From: Patescibacteria group bacterium
Lineage (GTDB): Bacteria > Patescibacteriota > Patescibacteriia > UM-FILTER-42-10
Length of the DNA stretch: 64,000 nucleotides
Reading direction: 5' to 3'
Assembly (NCBI GenBank): GCA_041664365.1
Contig: JBAYKW010000003.1
Span: forward strand, 28,696-92,695
Part shown: one piece after another, positions 60,892 through 64,000 of the stretch
Layout: each line of letters begins with the position of its first letter
Position numbering within the stretch: the first letter of the stretch is position 1
The notes under the pieces: model-generated
Database searches by the model: none
The model's input: the letters and a program-made list of their open reading frames with translations, nothing else
What the model was told of the DNA's origin: nothing
Translations under genes and position numbers: made by a program

Positions 60892-61839
60892 ATGGCAAAA
60901 TTTACCAAAACTTTTTCACAATTAAATAGAAAAAGTGTAGCAGAAGCGGGAGGAAAGGGCGCACAACTGGGTGAGATGACAAAGGCAAAATTGCCAGTTC
61001 CACCAGGGTTTGTGGTACTTTCCGGCACATTTGAGCGTTTTTTGGAAGAAACGGACCTGGATGTAGAGATAGACGCATTGTTAAAAAAGGTAAATTTGAG
61101 TGATATTAACAGTGTGGACCGGGTTTCCAATGCAATCCGGGAATTAATCCACGAATTAGTTGTCCCGGATGATATCGCAAAAGAGATCCAGACCGCTTTT
61201 AATAAATTGAAAACCAAATATGTTGCTGTCCGTTCTTCCGCGACAGCCGAGGATTCATCCGTTGCATCCTGGGCGGGCGAACTGGAAACATATTTGTTTA
61301 TTACTAAAGCAAATTTGGTTGAAACAGTGCGTAAATGTTGGTCATCGCTGTTTACCCCCCGCGCGATTTTTTACCGCTTTGAGAAAAAACTGCACAAGAC
61401 CAAAGTAAGTGTCGGCGTCGTAGTCCAAAAGATGATTAATTCGGAAATATCCGGCGTGACATTTACAGCCCACCCGGTTACCAACGATCTGGATCAGATG
61501 GTGATTGAGGCGGGGTTCGGCCAGGGTGAATCAATCGTCTCAGGACAGATTACGCCGGATACCTATGTGGTAGATAAGAAAAATAAAATCATTTTAGATA
61601 TTAATATCTCTGAGCAAAAGAAAATGATTGTTCAGAATGGTAGTAAGGGAACAAAAACAGTCACTGTTGTAAAATCAATGCAGGAAAAGCAGAAACTCAC
61701 AGGCAAACAAATCATTCAACTTGCCGAAGTCTGCAAAAGAATAGAAAAACATTATAACCATCCCCAAGACATAGAATGGGCGATGGAAAAAAATAAAATT
61801 TATATTACGCAATCAAGACCAATAACAACACTGAAATAA
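60892..61839 (+). CDS. Standalone PEP-synthase/PPDK N-terminal ATP-grasp (PPDK_N, PEP/pyruvate-binding) domain protein with no His or TIM domains
   Basis: AGGKGAQLGEM..PVPPGFVV, VAVRSSATAEDSSVASWAGELETYL, DIEWAMEKNKIYITQSRPIT. The ORF stops where the swivel domain begins in PpsA and in rifampin phosphotransferase. Confidence 0.7.
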   Translation: MAKFTKTFSQLNRKSVAEAGGKGAQLGEMTKAKLPVPPGFVVLSGTFERFLEETDLDVEIDALLKKVNLSDINSVDRVSNAIRELIHELVVPDDIAKEIQTAFNKLKTKYVAVRSSATAEDSSVASWAGELETYLFITKANLVETVRKCWSSLFTPRAIFYRFEKKLHKTKVSVGVVVQKMINSEISGVTFTAHPVTNDLDQMVIEAGFGQGESIVSGQITPDTYVVDKKNKIILDINISEQKKMIVQNGSKGTKTVTVVKSMQEKQKLTGKQIIQLAEVCKRIEKHYNHPQDIEWAMEKNKIYITQSRPITTLK

Positions 61840-61840
61840 A

Positions 61841-63181
61841 ATGGAGGATCAAAAAAACAAAATCAACACAGCAAAATCGGTGAAAGTAAATGTTGCTTCC
61901 GGAAAGAAAGACGATGAAGAAAAGCAGATTTTAAAAGGTGCCAGAATTCTAATTAAAGACCAAAAAGGGCAGTACAGCTATGTAAAAGGAGCCAAATTAA
62001 TGGGTGAGGACGAGGTTGTTGTTGCTTCTGCGCCGGTGGTTTCCGCGCCAACAAAGAGTAAAATAGATCCATCCATTATCAAAAAAGCGGTTGCGCAGTT
62101 GGCTAATCAAAAGATGATAACGCCATCCGTTAAACCGGCCCCCCTACCAAGAAAACAGGACGAAGTAAGTACGGTAACAGCTTCTCAGCTAAAACCGGTT
62201 TTTCAAGATCGGATGGTTCCGAATAAAGGAGTTAACGCAAGTTTTTATTTTGATGTAGAGGATGAGGAGGAAGTGAAAAAAATGCATAATGAGGAAATTT
62301 CCTCATCGGCCAGAACTATTGATTACGGCACAGTTGTTAAAGAGATTGCAAATCAGGTCGGATTAAATTTTACTGATGAATCTTTGCAAAAAAGATTTGA
62401 AAGCCTAATAACATCCCGTCTGAGAGATATTCGAACTTCCGTCCAATTAAGAGAGCTTTTGGTCCGTTCAAAAAAAGTCGGCGGTTTAGAACTTGAACCT
62501 GAGATTGCGGAATCGATCGTGAAAATAACCGCAGAGAAGGCGCTGAGTTTTCATAATGAAACCGAGATCAAAAAAATTGAATACCGGCAGATGATGAAGT
62601 TGCAGGAAGCGGAAAAAGAGAGAGAGCAGCAGGAAAGGATGAGAAAAGCAGTAGCAAATGAACAGATTAAGAAAGCGGTTCTCAATCTGCATTTGCAGAA
62701 GAAAAATGAATTAGAAAATGCGGTCAAACCGGAACCACAGCCGGTCATTAACAAGCCGATTATTGATAGACGGATTCCAATTATCCCAAAGATGCAAAGA
62801 CCGATGCCGGTTTTTGACAGCAGGCCAAAAATTGTGGATATCAAGACGCCGCCAAGATTAATGGGTCCGATAGAGGAAATAAGAAGCTTGAATTTGGTGG
62901 ATTTTAGAAGGCTCGGCGGGAACCCCCAGCAGTCAATTGAAAAAATAAAAGAGAAAGTTGATCTGTTGGAAGAGGAATCATATACCAAGAAAGCGGAAGC
63001 GATCCAAGCCTGGAAGAAATCGGAGATTTATCAGATATATCTAGACATCGGTAATGAAGGTATGAATAAAGGAAAATCCGTCCAGGATGTGATAACAAGC
63101 AGGAAAATGGACGGCCGTTCCTATCTGACCGATGAAGAGTTTGAAGCGGTAGGGGATCTAAATAGACAGTTAAGATTTTAA
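61841..63181 (+). CDS. Hypothetical K/E-rich protein
   Basis: ORF directly abutting upstream and downstream genes. Confidence 0.4.
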   Translation: MEDQKNKINTAKSVKVNVASGKKDDEEKQILKGARILIKDQKGQYSYVKGAKLMGEDEVVVASAPVVSAPTKSKIDPSIIKKAVAQLANQKMITPSVKPAPLPRKQDEVSTVTASQLKPVFQDRMVPNKGVNASFYFDVEDEEEVKKMHNEEISSSARTIDYGTVVKEIANQVGLNFTDESLQKRFESLITSRLRDIRTSVQLRELLVRSKKVGGLELEPEIAESIVKITAEKALSFHNETEIKKIEYRQMMKLQEAEKEREQQERMRKAVANEQIKKAVLNLHLQKKNELENAVKPEPQPVINKPIIDRRIPIIPKMQRPMPVFDSRPKIVDIKTPPRLMGPIEEIRSLNLVDFRRLGGNPQQSIEKIKEKVDLLEEESYTKKAEAIQAWKKSEIYQIYLDIGNEGMNKGKSVQDVITSRKMDGRSYLTDEEFEAVGDLNRQLRF

Positions 63182-63184
63182 AAT

Positions 63185-63622
63185 ATGCGGTTTGTAGTTC
63201 CCCAATTTATTGAAGTAGAAGATAAAATTATCGGACCGATTTCCGTCCGGCAATTTATAATTTTTCTAGTGGCATTCGGAATCATTTTCATTGAATACCA
63301 AGTATTAGGATTTATAACATTTATTTTTGCTGCCCTGTTTATGTTCGGGTTGGCCGGCATTGTTGCATTCGCTAAAATTAACGGTCAGCCTTTCCATTAT
63401 TTTTTTCTTAATATCCTGTATACAATCAGGAAGCCGAAAATTAAGATTTGGAGCAAAGAAGTGGTCAGCGGAGCAAGTAAAATAAGCCATAAAAATTCCA
63501 TTAAAACTGCCGTGGTTGTAGCTCCAAAAATGGCTGTTACAAATTCAAAACTGACTCGTTTGTCACTGGTAGTCGACACGGGAGGGGCGTTTAAAGAGGA
63601 CGAAGATGATGTCAATTTTTAA
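63185..63622 (+). CDS. PrgI/VirB3-like small membrane protein of Gram-positive-type T4SS
   Basis: N-terminus FVVPQFIEVEDKIIGPISVRQFIIFLVAFG followed by two TM helices. Confidence 0.5.
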   Translation: MRFVVPQFIEVEDKIIGPISVRQFIIFLVAFGIIFIEYQVLGFITFIFAALFMFGLAGIVAFAKINGQPFHYFFLNILYTIRKPKIKIWSKEVVSGASKISHKNSIKTAVVVAPKMAVTNSKLTRLSLVVDTGGAFKEDEDDVNF

Positions 63623-63639
63623 GTCTAATCAAAACAAAT

Positions 63640-64000
63640 ATGCATTCTAAACAGCTAGCAGGACAAAAACCAAAAGCTTCCACCCAGAGCCATCTTGATA
63701 TTCTTGAAATCAAAGATAACGTGGTTGCTTTGAAAGACGGGACATTAAGGGCGATAATTTTAGTATCTTCAATCAACTTTGCATTAAAATCAGAAGACGA
63801 GCAGATCGCTGTTATTCAGGGTTATACGCAGTTTTTGAATTCATTCGATTTCTCTATTCAGATAGTAATCCAGTCCAGAAGATTAAACATTGAAGAATAT
63901 CTGGATAGACTTAAGAAAGTTGAAAAGGAACAAACCAACGAACTGCTCAGAATGCAAACAGCAGAATACCGCCAATATATTAATGAGCTGGTGGAGATAG
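63640..64000 (+). CDS. VirB4-family T4SS ATPase (TraE/PrgJ/TcpF-like), N-terminal 120 aa only. The 3' end lies outside the window.
   Basis: Hand translation gives LDILEIKDNVVALKDGTLRAIILVSSINFALKSEDEQIAVIQGYTQFLNSFDFSIQIVIQSRRLNIEEYL, the characteristic VirB4 N-terminal pattern. The frame is open to the window end. Confidence 0.55.
   Translation, partial: MHSKQLAGQKPKASTQSHLDILEIKDNVVALKDGTLRAIILVSSINFALKSEDEQIAVIQGYTQFLNSFDFSIQIVIQSRRLNIEEYLDRLKKVEKEQTNELLRMQTAEYRQYINELVEI

Overview
This 64-kb window has low GC (about 36-40%), is gene-dense and is almost entirely coding. It uses the standard genetic code, and TGA is read as a stop. The gene content suggests a small-genome, cell-surface-oriented bacterium, perhaps of the CPR/Patescibacteria type (inference). 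The supporting content is a type IV pilin, a giant Cys-rich PA14-containing surface protein, Gram-positive-style T4SS parts, and many paralogous N-anchored secreted proteins. Housekeeping genes present are pnp (3' part), a gmk fusion, lspA, comM/yifB, rsmI, leuS, tsaC, rsmA, prs, pncB and tRNA-Arg(CCG). The most unusual locus is at 48-62 kb and appears to be a split PEP-synthase/rifampin-phosphotransferase-like dikinase module. It holds five tandem paralogs, each an unknown N-domain fused to a PEP-utilizing phosphohistidine swivel domain. They are interleaved with two RHG histidine-phosphatase-like paralogs and a two-component system. A separately encoded standalone PPDK_N ATP-grasp domain lies nearby. 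The second unusual feature is in leuS: a complete YdeN/RBBP9-type serine hydrolase domain is inserted inside the zinc knuckle, between the conserved CxxC and the VPVP-ELP segment. The third is a roughly 0.8-kb island of about 60% GC at 35.5-36.3 kb. It carries a minus-strand two-gene cassette: a degenerate LOG/SLOG-like Rossmann protein and a 43-aa membrane peptide. Other features are a candidate structured RNA of about 340 nt between a strong promoter and a terminator upstream of a DksA/TraR-family gene, and a four-member family of N-anchored Asn/Thr-linker proteins. There is also a 2.65-kb tandem gene duplication that includes its promoter. A PrgI/VirB3-like gene plus a VirB4-like ATPase start a T4SS locus at the window end and plausibly pair with a VirB6/TcpH-like protein at 29 kb. 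All functional calls rest on motif recognition by eye, and no database search was run.
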